A DNA stretch of 63,941 nt, the filler included, from Reticulomyxa filosa (Eukaryota; Protista; Foraminifera), in the NCBI GenBank assembly GCA_000512085.1. It is 15 parts of 15 records of this genome, joined end to end, with 100 filler letters (N's around TTAATTAATTAA, not from the genome) between each part and the next. Parts side by side here need not be neighbours in the genome. Positions count along the whole stretch, not along the records: positions 52,370 to 54,922 come from ASPP01026308.1; positions 55,023 to 58,233 come from ASPP01007159.1; positions 58,334 to 62,303 come from ASPP01007285.1; positions 62,404 to 63,941 come from ASPP01013175.1; 11 more parts are not named here. One strand, 5' to 3'. Every line of letters starts with the position of its first letter. The stretch's first letter is position 1. Shown in pieces: positions 52,270 through 63,941 of the stretch. The position numbers and the translations under genes were made by a program. Under the pieces are notes generated by a model, which searched no databases, was not told the DNA's origin, and worked only from the letters and a program-made list of their open reading frames with translations.

Positions 52270-53730
52270 NNNNNNNNNNNNNNNNNNNNNNNNNNNNNNN
52301 NNNNNNNNNNNNNTTAATTAATTAANNNNNNNNNNNNNNNNNNNNNNNNNNNNNNNNNNNNNNNNNNNNTACAACCACAGCTTAGAGAAAGTTATTTTAA
52401 GATAAACTATAGTAGTTTGCAAAAAAACAATAAACCTAAAATACTGATTTTTTAAAAATATTTCTGGCTTTTAAATAAAGTCATTCTAGGTTAAACAATT
52501 TTTTCCTTTTATAATTTGAAAATTTTTTTTAAAATATTTTTTATCACTTTGTTAGCTTTCCTTTGGTATTGATAATAGATTGCATTTGTTTTGGCATTCA
52601 ATTGAGTTTTTGCATATGTCTTTTTCCACTTTTTCACATTTTTTTTCAAATTTTTCTGTAGTTGTTGTGGTATTTTTGTTTGATCACCTTTGTAAAGTTT
52701 TGGTTTTATCATTGCTTAGACCATGCGAATTTGGAGGGAACTTAATCACTTATTTACTGTTTTGTATTGTGACGTTTTGCGTTATCTTATAAAAACCATC
52801 AGTTTCTATTATTGGAATGCTTTTTAGCATTCAATCGTAAAATATTTCTTATAAATTGTGCTCCTTCAATTTTGCAAGAATGTCAACGCATTTAGCACCA
52901 AAGCATGTACAACCATAATGTTATATCACCAAACCTTGATCTTTCTAAAACCTTTCTATCGCTAATATTTTGTACTTTTTTTCTACATACAGTGAATTCC
53001 ATCGCTTCAATATAAGTTCTTTTATTTCTTCTAAAAATACAGCTTTTTTCCAATTATCTACAGTCTAATTTTGTGTTCATCAATAAAATTAACTCGCTTT
53101 GTTTTGTGTTTTTCAGTTAGTTTTGATTTTATCGTTTTATAATCCATTCAATTTCAAGTCTTAGTTATTAGCAATTAAAAAACTATAACTTCACTTTCGA
53201 TACTTAATAGTATCTTCAAGTCTTTCCCTATCAACGATGTAATGTCAACTCTTATTACAAATCACAAAATTCAAAAATTACTGTATTTCTGAGATCTCTT
53301 CATCTGATTTCATTCTTTTAAATTACTGATCACCCAAATCTTGATTCAAGAGAAAATGCTGTTTTTGATAATGCACCCTGTTATCACTTTAACACTTTCC
53401 TGTTTTGAGTTTTCGATATATACCAAAAACAATGGCAAATAGGTATAAAAAAAAAAACAATCTAAAAAATGAGTAGTGAGAAAACACAATACGTGAAATA
53501 ACTTGCAATTTATGTTGCCAGTTAAATACATTTTCATCAATTGTGCTGTTGAATTCTTTAAAAACATTGAATGCAACTTTTCAATTTTTAAACAACAAAG
53601 TAAAATAAAATAAATCATTTTAATGCTTACATTCAACCAAATCAGACAAGTTTAATATCAAATTACTTTTCTTTTAATCAAACTTTTCAAACAAAAAACA
53701 TTTTCATTTCTTATTCGACAAAACAGTAAA

Positions 53731-54922
53731 TTATCCCCAAATACGAATGGGACCTTTAACTGAACCATAACACAAATTCAAATCATATAAAATATTCTTT
53801 GTCTTATCTTTCTTTTTCAATACAATAAATTTAAAACAAGTTATTCCATCATCTTCTTTTATCTCCTTCGATCTTACACAATTCATTCTTATTTGATCGA
53901 ATATCCCAAAAACGAATTGTATTATCAAATGATCCAGAACATATCACATTTGAATTATCACTACTATTCTTTATTACAAATGGTGAATATTCAACAGACC
54001 ATACGGCATTTGTATGTCCATTGAACACTTGAATTTGTCCACCAGATCGAATATCCCACAAACGAACACTTTTATCTTCTGATCCAGATAATATTGTATT
54101 CACTAATCCATTTGATCCATATTTTACACTCCACACAAGATGTGTATCTCCTTTGAATATATTGAGTTGTTTTGTTGTTTCAATATCCCATATTCGAATG
54201 GTTTTATCAAATGATCCAGAACAAATAGTATATCCATTTCCACCAATCACACCAATTTTATTCATTTTATTATTATCATTGTTATTATTTTTGTTATTGC
54301 TTTGTAATGGTGAAATATCAACATACAAAACACCACTTTCATGTCCATTGAAAACATGTAATGATTTTGATGCTTCAACATACCATAAACGAATAGTATT
54401 GTCACCAGATCCAGAACACAAATATATACCATCATTAAATTGTGAAAATTCAATACCATAAATACAATCAGTGTGTCCATTGAATATTTGTAATTGTTTA
54501 TTATGTTTGAAATCACAAAAACAAATGGTATTGTCATATGATGAAGAATAAATGACATTTTGATGATGATCACTATAATGATATGATGAAAATTTCACAC
54601 AATACACATAACTTGCATGTTCATTGAATGATTGAATTTGTTTGTTGTTATCAACATCCCATACACGAACTGTATTATCATGCGATCCAAAACAAATAAA
54701 TTGACAATCACCAAATGTTAAATAATCAATATTGTACACCAGTTTGGTATGTCCAGTGAATGTATTGATTAATTTGGATGATGAATGAAATGTGTCAAAT
54801 ATGAAAACAGTAGATGTCTATGTTAAATAAACATTTGAATATTTTGATTAGTATTTAAAAAAAGAAAGAACAAATGAACTAACATAATTGACAACGAGTT
54901 TATCAAAATCTTTGATCCATCC
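53731..54922 (-). pseudogene. WD40-repeat family gene, 5' truncated (partial module exon 54922-54884, exon 54817-end), frameshift at about 53860
   Basis: GWIKDFDKLVVNY|TSTVFIFDTF followed by WD repeats. GDKRR* and EDDGITCFKF...IWG* are in different frames. Confidence 0.8.
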
Positions 54923-55035
54923 NNNNNNNNNNNNNNNNNNNNNNNNNNNNNNNNNNNNNNNNNNNNTTAATTAATTAANNNNNNNNNNNNNNNNNNNNNN
55001 NNNNNNNNNNNNNNNNNNNNNNAAAAAAAAATAAA

Positions 55036-58000
55036 TCAGTACGTAGTACCTGATTTGACCAACACAGTAGTTGGAAAAGTGCGTCCGTTAGCAGTAGTTC
55101 GAGGAGAGGTGATAGAGACATTGAATGTGATGGGAGCTAAATCCAAACTGCTATGCGAACGCAAATGCTTGGGGGCTTTTTGCTGTCTTACAGCATCATC
55201 CAAATACGGAAATAAGTGCTTTTTCATACGCTGAACACACAGATCTTGCAGTTCTTGCTCTTCATCAATGCCACGAGACGCAAATCGATGTTTGTTATGC
55301 GCACGAGTGTGTTGCATTCTTCGTAACGATTCCGTGGGTTGTGTAAATTGAAATACAATAGTTTTTTCGGGGAATATCCTGCTTGTTTTTTGTACTAATC
55401 TGTATCCCACTTCCGAAATTAAATTTACCAAATCATTGCTTTCAGCTAAAAAGGAGGTTGTTATGAGGATATCCGCAACCTTTTTATTTATTGTTTATGT
55501 ATTTGCTTCTTAATTTAGATCAATCAATCAATCAATAAAAAATAAATATTTGAAAACTTCTTTAAACAATTCGGAAGAAATTCCATGGGAAGAATTTGAA
55601 ATGACAATATCGATCAGTCTCAAAACGCCGCCATGCCATTGGCGGGAGCCATACTCGAGAAATTTGCACAGAGTTTGCGTTACTCGATTAAAGCGATCTT
55701 CGCTTCCAAAAACGCGGAAATACTCCTGAAATAGAGCTACAAAGAAGTCGTCGGAATTTGTGTATTGCGCAGCGATTTGACAGCAGCGGATCATTGGCCG
55801 ACACTTATCTTCATAACACTCCAATATGGTTACCAAATGGCGGCAGTCCAATTTTTTCTTTTGGACTTTTCGAATTAAAAATGTTTTTCCATTTATTTAG
55901 CACACACACACACACACACACAACAAAATAACAACTCTAAAAAAAAAAAGGAGTCACTCAAATCAACACGCACATAGATGTAAGGCAATATACTAAACTG
56001 TGCCAGTGCTCTGAGTTGAATTTTGATAAAATGTGCCAAGACCGTGAGATGAAACATGTCATTTTCGTGCGGATTCAAATCAGGTGCCAAAATGATGTTG
56101 AGACGATCTAAAAATTGCCCTGTGGCCTACGTTTATTATTATTATTATTATTATTATTGTAATTACTGTAATTATTATGCAAACTTAAAAAAGGACTCAA
56201 AAAAAACATACATCAAATAAGTCTTCTCGAACGAGGGAATTTTTCAACATTTCGGCAATTCCTTCTCCAACAGTTGAAAACTCGAACTGAAAAGTGGAGC
56301 GCATGTCTTGGATGACTTGATCAGTAGAATACTTACATTTTAATTGCATAAACTTATTCAAAAAGTTCAAAGAGGACTTGTGAACAAGGCCGTGCGGTAA
56401 AGTTAACAATATGTACGCAAGCGCAAACGCAATGCGATACTCCATTTTATTCCACTCTTGTTTTTCATCACACAAGACTCCAAAATGTTCAACACCATTT
56501 CGAACACCGCAAAAGGATAGTTTTTTTGGAGCCCTATAAACAATACTAATGACAGTTGGATTAGCAACGAGCAACTGACCGTGTATCGTTTTAATCTCTG
56601 AAACACGTCCAGTGATCTGTTGTCATTTTCCGTTTGTGTGTGTATATAGACCGTGCTTTTCAATCTTTAGTTTATATACACATATATAAACCTAAGTATA
56701 GAAAGCTTTGAGTATTTTAACTTAATGGTAATGTCATCTTTGCTTGACTGCAATGCCCATGACATAGCAACGTCACTCCACATCGAACACCACTCGGGTT
56801 TTGCTTTGCGCCAGATATCAATTCCTGGTAATGACAATGTATTGCCGCTTTTCAGGTTTAGATTTTCCAATGAACCTTGTCTCCGAGTGTGCGATGCTTG
56901 GTGCGTTTCAATACCAAATCGGGCGCCTAGCTTGCGCACTAAGTCATTTTCGCCATGAGTCTGAAAGTTTACTGCAGCATTCTACAAACAAACAAACAAA
57001 CACATATATACGTATATTACACAATCAACAACATTTTTTCTTTTTTGCAATACAAGATACAAATAACAATAACAAAACCAAACTTGCAAAAGTATGGGGA
57101 TATATTTTTCAAAGGATTGAGCATGCTGACGTATAATGCGATAAGTTAATCGAAATGCAGATTTCTTATGTGGTGTTAAGACGTCGATGTCTTTAGGCAA
57201 GTCTTTTTTCCAATTCAAAAATTCCAAAGGCGTCAACGGGCATTCATCATCGTATCGATGGACTTTGCTTCCCAAGTTGTCCGCAAGAAATCGAAAGTTC
57301 TTTTTGGTTGTGTTGAATGCATACATACATATACGTGTAGGTATTTGTGTATATGTAGGCAAAAGAAATAGGGGGGGGGAAAAAAAAAAAAAAAGGACAA
57401 GTAGTAATGGCCGGCTTTGTTTTTCCATTATTTGGTATATGACATACCGAAGTTTTACCCACTCCAACCAAAATTTTTTCACACATTTCCTCTTCTTGTT
57501 TTTGTGCTAAAGAAAATTGTTCGATCACATAGCCAGTGATTTGGCCGACTACTAACTCTTGCATCAACTCAAGGTTCTCGAAATGGTGCTGTTGGGGCGA
57601 TTTCACCAAAAGACTCCATAGTTCATAGCATATGTCCAGCCGCCTCTCACTCCGGATTGATTGCAAGTTCAACTGAAACAAGTCATTTATGACAGAATAT
57701 ATCAAATCTGTTTGTTCGTCTTTGCCCTATTTTTTTTTTTTTTTGGTTTGTATGATTGTCGACAACAGTTGCATGTATACAATTTGCGTGTGCACTTTTC
57801 TTTTTTTATAATACAAAAAATTGCAATATATACACATATAAACTTGATAGTCAGCTACCACATTCAAAAATTGATTTACCCATGGCCGAAGAAGTCGCAG
57901 TAATATCTCTTTATCATACTCGGACTGCACGCGAGTGTAAAATTTCAAAACGATTTTCAGCAGCTCTGGCAACACATCATAACGATTGCTTGCCACCTTT

Positions 58001-58200
58001 TCTGCATATGTGAATGCTTGATGCAAGTATTGGTCGGGAGCAATTCCATCTTCAAAGTCAAAGTCGCCAGGGGAAAACACGCGCTTTTGAATTTCAACTG
58101 ACGGTCTTCGCGCTGTTTGTTTCTCCTCATCGTGCAATGCATTTGCCAGTATTTCTCGTGTTGTCATCTATCAGACACCAAAGTGTTACAAGATCAATTC
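55036..58200 (-). CDS. Furry/TAO3/MOR2-like HEAT scaffold protein, internal multi-exon fragment
   Basis: LLRLLRPWVNQF, ELWSLL, WSDVAMSWALQS...RSLDVFQRL and FLEYGSRQW...VLRLI resemble conserved Furry/Tao3 blocks (W-x2-VA-x2-WA...RS-x2-IF-x2-L). Confidence 0.6.
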
Positions 58201-58333
58201 TGGATGTACGTATACTTTTTTTTTTTTTTTTTTNNNNNNNNNNNNNNNNNNNNNNNNNNNNNNNNNNNNNNNNNNNNTTAATTAATTAANNNNNNNNNNN
58301 NNNNNNNNNNNNNNNNNNNNNNNNNNNNNNNNN

Positions 58334-58487
58334 AAGTTATTAAAAAATCAATATCATATTTAAAAACTACAAGGCTTGTAGATATTTTTTTAAAAAAATT
58401 AGCTTTAAATGTTTATTTTTCATTAAGAAAATCTATCATCTTCATAAGGTGGCATTTTCGGTGTTCAGTTTTTTTTGCAACCTACTG
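58334..58487 (-). mobile_element. Tc1-like TIR end
   Basis: ...AGAAAATCTATCATC...GTTCAGTTTTTTTTGCAACCTACTG|TA. Same family as 14182 and 59120. Confidence 0.8.
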
Positions 58488-59119
58488 TATGTTCAATATT
58501 TAGTCTTTACAAGAGATGCAATAATTCACATTTATTATTTTGCATTAAAGTAGATTGATTGAGAGACCAAAAATTCAGTTCGCAAAAAACAATAGCAAAA
58601 AAAAATAAATTAAAAATATTATAAAATATCATATAGATTTTTAAAAACATTGACGGAAAAAATAATGCAATAAAGTGATTTGATTGTTGTTATATACTAG
58701 TTTTACTATACAGTGTCCATCTAATTTAACATCACTTGGATACTCACAGATAAGTTTGTATTCCTTTTTGAAAATAATATTATCCATATACATTATGTAC
58801 TGACATTTTGTTTTATTTACTTAATTTTTTATATACAACAACGTTAGCTTTTTGACAAATATCTTCACAAACGAGGATTTCGTGTTTGTGTAGGACACAT
58901 TGAGCTTCATAAAGTGGAATGGGAAGCTTCTTTAAAGTTTGAAAGGGAGTGTTTTGATTATCCTTTTTGTTAATGTTCAATTTTTAAGTAGTTTTTAAAA
59001 AAGGGTATTTAACTGACCCATTTAAAAAAAAAAGATTTTTTGAACAGAATTTAAATTATGATTAAAAGTTGAATTGAAAAAGAAAGTAAATAACAATGGA
59101 CAAAAACCAAATGGTAGTA

Positions 59120-59850
59120 CAGTAGAACGCAAAGTAAAGTTGACACCTAAAACGGCACCTTATATAGATGATTGATTTTCTAAATGAAAAAACAACATTC
59201 AGACCTAATTTTTTTTATTTTAAAAATATCTACAAATTTTGTACTTTTTAAATATCATTTTTTACTAATTGTTTAAAAAATTTGAATATTTTATTCATTT
59301 TTGAAAATTTTCGAGAAAAAGTTAACAATAGTGACTATGTCGTAACCATGAAACTTGACAACATTTTTTAAGCATTTTCAGAAAGTTCTCAATGAGTAGA
59401 TATTTGTAAAAAAAAGATTAGTCTTTTACGTTGCGTAATTTTTGACTACTGTTTGCTTTGTCTTTACTTATTATTGGTTTTTTAGCTTTTTTTTTGTCTA
59501 ATGTCAAAAGCATAAAAACTGAAATTTTTTGTTTTTAATGAAAATTACCATTTGATTAAATCACTTTTTGCATTTTATACTGCTTGTATTTCTTTGTCAT
59601 TGATTTTGTTAAGTTTATGTATGTTTATTTGTCATTTTTTCAATTCTAATTCAAATTGTCTAATGAGTTTTTCTTTTGATCAGAATGGTCTATTTTTGAA
59701 TATTTTCGTTTTCACTACTAACTACAGATTTTCGATTTGGTTCAGGTCTGAAGAATTTAGATTGAAATTTAATACTTTGATAGTATTTTGTTCAAACTAT
59801 TCTTTTGATGTAATTTCTGTGTGGCTGTTGACATTATCTTGCTGAAATAT
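59120..59850 (+). mobile_element. Tc1-like element copy (TIR plus subterminal region)
   Basis: TA|CAGTAGAACGCAAAG...GATGATTGATTTTCT. Downstream sequence aligns by eye with 42790-43460 (shared TAAGCATTTTCAGAAAGT, GTCTGAAGAATTT, ATTATCTTGCTGAAATA). Confidence 0.85.
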
Positions 59851-61869
59851 CCAATTTACATTATCTTCTAAACTCCAATTAATGCTTTCTGAGCATTTCA
59901 TCACCTAGAATTTCTTTGTAAATGTATTTATTGAATTTTCACATTGTGGCTACGATAAGCTATCTGAAGCGACGTTGATACCATGCTAGTGTTTGGAGTC
60001 ACAAATGCGTTGAAGCACCTATATGCAAAGTGCATATGGTTTGAGTTTGAAGATGGACTTATATTTGGTGAGATGTTTAGACACGTAGAAGTTGATTAGT
60101 AACTCCAAGTGCAGTGCGTACGTGATGCTTAAGTGCGAGCTCAGCTCCTACACTTCGATGAGAATGTAAAAAAATATAAAGTCTCGTGTCAAAGGTATTT
60201 CATTCGCGGTAATGACAAGTCGGACATGTCATGTACAAGATCGGCACATTGTTGATTGTACGACCATGACTGTATGCAAGTATTTGACTATATATTGATA
60301 AAGTGGATGTAGTAATTCAATGAAAATTATTTGTATTATTTTTGAGTCTTTCGTGTAATGATTGTTGATATGTTTTTACTTAAACAAATAATGTTTTAAA
60401 TTTATTTATATTTTATTGTGTATGGGTCAAGGATAATGTTATTATTTTGGAAAATCGCTTCAGATCCAGAAAAAGAAATATAAAAACTTATGCTCAAAAG
60501 AAGATATGATATCGTAGCTGAAGTTAACAAATGTACAGTACATATTCTTCCCTTTGAACTAGTCAAAGAAATTCTAGATTTAAATCCTGTCCAAAAATTA
60601 CAAATCTCAAAATACATAAACTAACACCACAATTTTTTCAGTTAATTCAAATATGATAATTAAATCTCAAAAAGGAGAATATCGTCATGACTAAAAATTG
60701 GATAAGTAAATTTTTGATGCTTGTCTTGCTGGCGGCAAAAATGCTATCCGCTTTTGGAATTTTAAAAAAATTTTACGCCTGAATTACGATATGCGATGAA
60801 GAAATTTGTTGTGTTGATTTTTTTACTCGATGTTCAGCTTCGTTTAAAGTCTACTCCTGGTGCAAAATATGTTTCCTCCAGCGAGAGGTTGCATGTTTGG
60901 TCTTTTTAAAAATCCATTTTTTTCTTCCATGCTTTGAAGAAGCAAGAACATAAAAAACAAGTGTTTCACGTTATTTTGCAATGACATTATTTTTTTGCAA
61001 TCATACATGATACTAGAATTCATCAATTTCAATTTGAAGATTTCATTTTGTTTTTATGTTTTAGTATTTTTTTTCGTATTAAGCTATTATTTAAAATCTG
61101 AACTTCTAGTTGCACGTAAGAAAGTAGTTTAAACTTCTCTAACACTTCCCAAATGTGATTGATGTTTCTGTTTTTGCAAAAGTACAAAGGTCCCTGTTTT
61201 TTTTAGAGATTTGTCTATCAATTTAGACAATGAATTCTGACTGGCTATTTACACTTTCTCATGGGGGAAGTGGGACTTCAGCGTTAGAGTTATTGAGCTC
61301 ACATGAGGTAAATGTGTGTTGAAAATATGAAGTCAAAAATGTTGTAGTGGTGGGTTATGTGTACAGTCGTTTTGTGCACAAGAAAGTCTGCGTTATTATA
61401 TAATCCGCGTATTATGTGCGAATGAGGAAGTAAGTGAAATAGATGCAGTAATTGATGAGCTAATGTCAGTCCATCCTCTCAAATGTCTCAGTTCACTAAA
61501 AGGGCACACTCGTTCGTGGTCATCTCGTCGTTTGTGTCAACACATTGAATCGATTGCGGATAGCATTCCAGCGCAAATGAGTATGTTTTCAACAAAAAGG
61601 AGAGGGGGGATGGGGGACAATATAAAAGCTGCGATTGTGCGTGTTCTACTTGGCAATTGGAACAAGAGAGAAAGAGAGACACATACACACACGCGCACAG
61701 CCTCACTTTCAATCAATGTATTGTGATCGAAGTGATGGCATGTAATGTATTACATATAAGTATGTATGTATGTATGTATGTATGTATGTGTGTGTGTGTG
61801 TGTGAATGGATTAAGGGACAGAGGAAGAAGAGTCAACAGAGACACTGGAAAGCAACACCACTCATCCGC

Positions 61870-62237
61870 TAATCGCGAAAAGTGTGTGCAGCACGAGCAA
61901 AAGGGAAGAGACGGAAATGTACGAGTTTGGGCGACAGAGGGACCCGACGACGGCGTTTTCGACGTACCGTCTGTCGGGCGTGGACAAAGAGAAGCTGTTG
62001 AAGCGTGTGTGCGTGGACTTGGGGAGTAACGTGCTGAGTGAAAGTGTCCATGAATGCGGGTCCGACATTGTCGCAAGCATTGCGTCACTGTGCAAAGACA
62101 AGGATATGTTGCGAGTGTTGTCTGTGTTGGAAAGTGCTACAACGCAGTCGCACAAAGAGAGCAAAAGACAATCTAATAATAATAATAATAATAATAATAG
62201 TAATAATAATAGTAATAATACAAATAATAATAATAAC

Positions 62238-62284
<47 letters not shown>

Positions 62285-62303
62285 TAACAATAATAATGAT
62301 CGA
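61870..62303 (+). CDS. Exon of an unknown protein ending in a poly-Asn tract at the contig break
   Basis: GC-richer ORF 61884 onward follows a (TATG)n(TG)n intron. (AAT)n at 62176-62300. Confidence 0.5.
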
Positions 62304-62403
62304 NNNNNNNNNNNNNNNNNNNNNNNNNNNNNNNNNNNNNNNNNNNNTTAATTAATTAANNNNNNNNNNNNNNNNNNNNNNNNNNNNNNNNNNNNNNNNN
62401 NNN

Positions 62404-62436
<33 letters not shown>

Positions 62437-63684
62437 GTCATTATTGTGATTAGTTGCACTTATATACGTGTCTTGAAGATGTGCAAAATTGTGCAGGATG
62501 TACTCCTTACCGCTGGCATTGACATACGAGGTAATGGTAATGGCCGTGACCATGTCCACAAATGTCAGATCATTGACGAGCTGACACACTCGCATTGTCA
62601 TACGAAACACGCGCTGCGATTTGTCTGCCACGCCGGGTGTCACCAGCTCCGCCAACGCGGTGCTGCACATTGATACGTGTCGGTTCAACTGTGACGGCGC
62701 ATGCGACTTGTTGATCTGCAGCGCGCTTTGCTGCGATTCCACACATGACAAGTGCACCACGTGTGTACATTGGTAAAACAAACATCGCACACGTATCAGT
62801 ACTTCACGCTTTCGTGCCTTTGTCGTCTTAAAACATACTAAGCATCCCTATTCCACATTTCATCCAACATTCCAAAACTACTTTTCAATTGATTCATTTC
62901 CAAAAAAAAAAAAGAAAAAACATTTATCCCAAATGGTTTTTAAAATCAAACATTCAATATTGACATTATACATATATATATATATATATATATAATGTTG
63001 TATATGTATGTACACACTTATATGCACGTAGCAAGTGGACATACACACACACACACACCTCGTTCTCCAAACATTGCTTCAAGTCGCGAGTCAACTTGGT
63101 TTCCAAAGTCAGTTCCAAAGTTCGACCCGCCCCATTAAATTTACGGTACCAACTCTCTTTCGAAATGGACATGTTGAAATGGTCGCCACCGTTGTCATCG
63201 CTATCGTCGTTGTCGTCCTTGTCAATCTCATTTGCATTTGCATTTGCATTTGCATTTGCATTTGCATTTACATTTGCACTTACATTTACATTTGAATTGA
63301 CATTGATAGTGTCCTTGCCGTTGAGGACATTACTGTCATTTGTCTTTGCTAGTTTCATCAATGGGATCGAGTTCAACTCGCTGACTATTTGACTGGTCCA
63401 TTCTGTTTCCTATCATTTGACATTCGTTTTTGTTTTTTTGTTTTCCCATTTTCAAGCAAAAAATAAATAAAATAACAAAGAAATGATCAATTCGAAATAA
63501 CCTGGAATTTACTCCAATCAATCATCTCCAAAATTTCCAAGCTTTCGTCGAGTTTGCACTTTTTAAATAAAGACACATCCAATGTCTGGGCTTTGTTCTT
63601 GTTCTTGTTGCCGTCTATTATAGCGATTGAACCCAAATGGATCAAAGGACATTCCACAAAAAATATATATATATACATATATGC

Positions 63685-63718
<34 letters not shown>

Positions 63719-63900
63719 GTGATATGATAGCAACTTTTGCATAATGGGTTGTCATGATGCCGCGATATCGAAACCACAGCATGTGTGGACAAGGACTGCA
63801 ATTGGGACGCCACATCGACAGACCCTGCTTGGCACCACACCGTCATATGTATGCCATTGGTACTTTTCTTTATCCGTACTTCGTTCTATCCAAGCAATTG
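62404..63900 (-). CDS. Multi-exon fragment with a C-x-H-x2-H-x2-C motif (possible RING-H2/UBR-type E3) and an (Asn-Ala)n repeat
   Basis: CTHVVHLSC at about 62770-62745. (TTGCAT)n at about 63229-63290 encodes NANANA. TA-microsatellite introns. The family assignment is weak. Confidence 0.35.
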
Positions 63901-63941
63901 TGAGTCAGTGAGAAACGTTTTATTGTTTGTTTGTTTGTTTG

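Noticed and set aside
51456-52325. 289-aa plus-strand ORF
   Set aside because: It runs through a microsatellite intron and poly-T into the linker, antisense to the more plausible minus-strand exons.
2247-62403. Regularly recurring TTAATTAATTAA as a CRISPR-like or biological repeat
   Set aside because: Always centred in exactly 44+44 N. It is an artificial six-frame-stop contig linker.

Overview
This window is not one locus. It is 15 unlinked contigs joined by 14 identical 100-nt artificial linkers (N44-TTAATTAATTAA-N44), so gene neighbourhood means nothing across a linker. Fourteen contigs are AT-rich, intron-containing eukaryotic DNA in the standard genetic code. Their gene families (AT-rich WD40, Kelch-like and 42-aa TPR expansions, poly-Asn tracts, microsatellite introns) look like those of the foraminiferan Reticulomyxa filosa; this identification is an inference. 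One contig (16254-17480) is bacterial and encodes an M14 metallopeptidase. Recognisable genes: katanin p80, DDX55/SPB4 (3' part), DDX46/PRP5 (C-terminal KH domain), dyskerin/CBF5, TMEM17, a Furry/TAO3-like fragment, an F-box/LRR-like gene, a head-to-head pair of 7TM paralogues, an intron-containing C39-like peptidase, and several WD40, Kelch and TPR family members, some frameshifted. Mobile DNA missed by the ORF track: decayed LINE reverse-transcriptase relics, a Tc1/mariner family (TIRs, a MITE and a transposase relic), a solo LTR with a 4-bp TSD, and a related 5' LTR followed by a primer-binding site. The most striking observation is a ~34-codon exon (SK-x-E-x3-II-x-YWI-x2-LKIKLGWI-x-DF-x6-Y). 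It has the same phase-0 upstream intron in each complete copy, yet it is the C-terminal exon of the Kelch gene and the N-terminal second exon of the WD40 genes. This suggests a shuffled adaptor module shared by two beta-propeller families.
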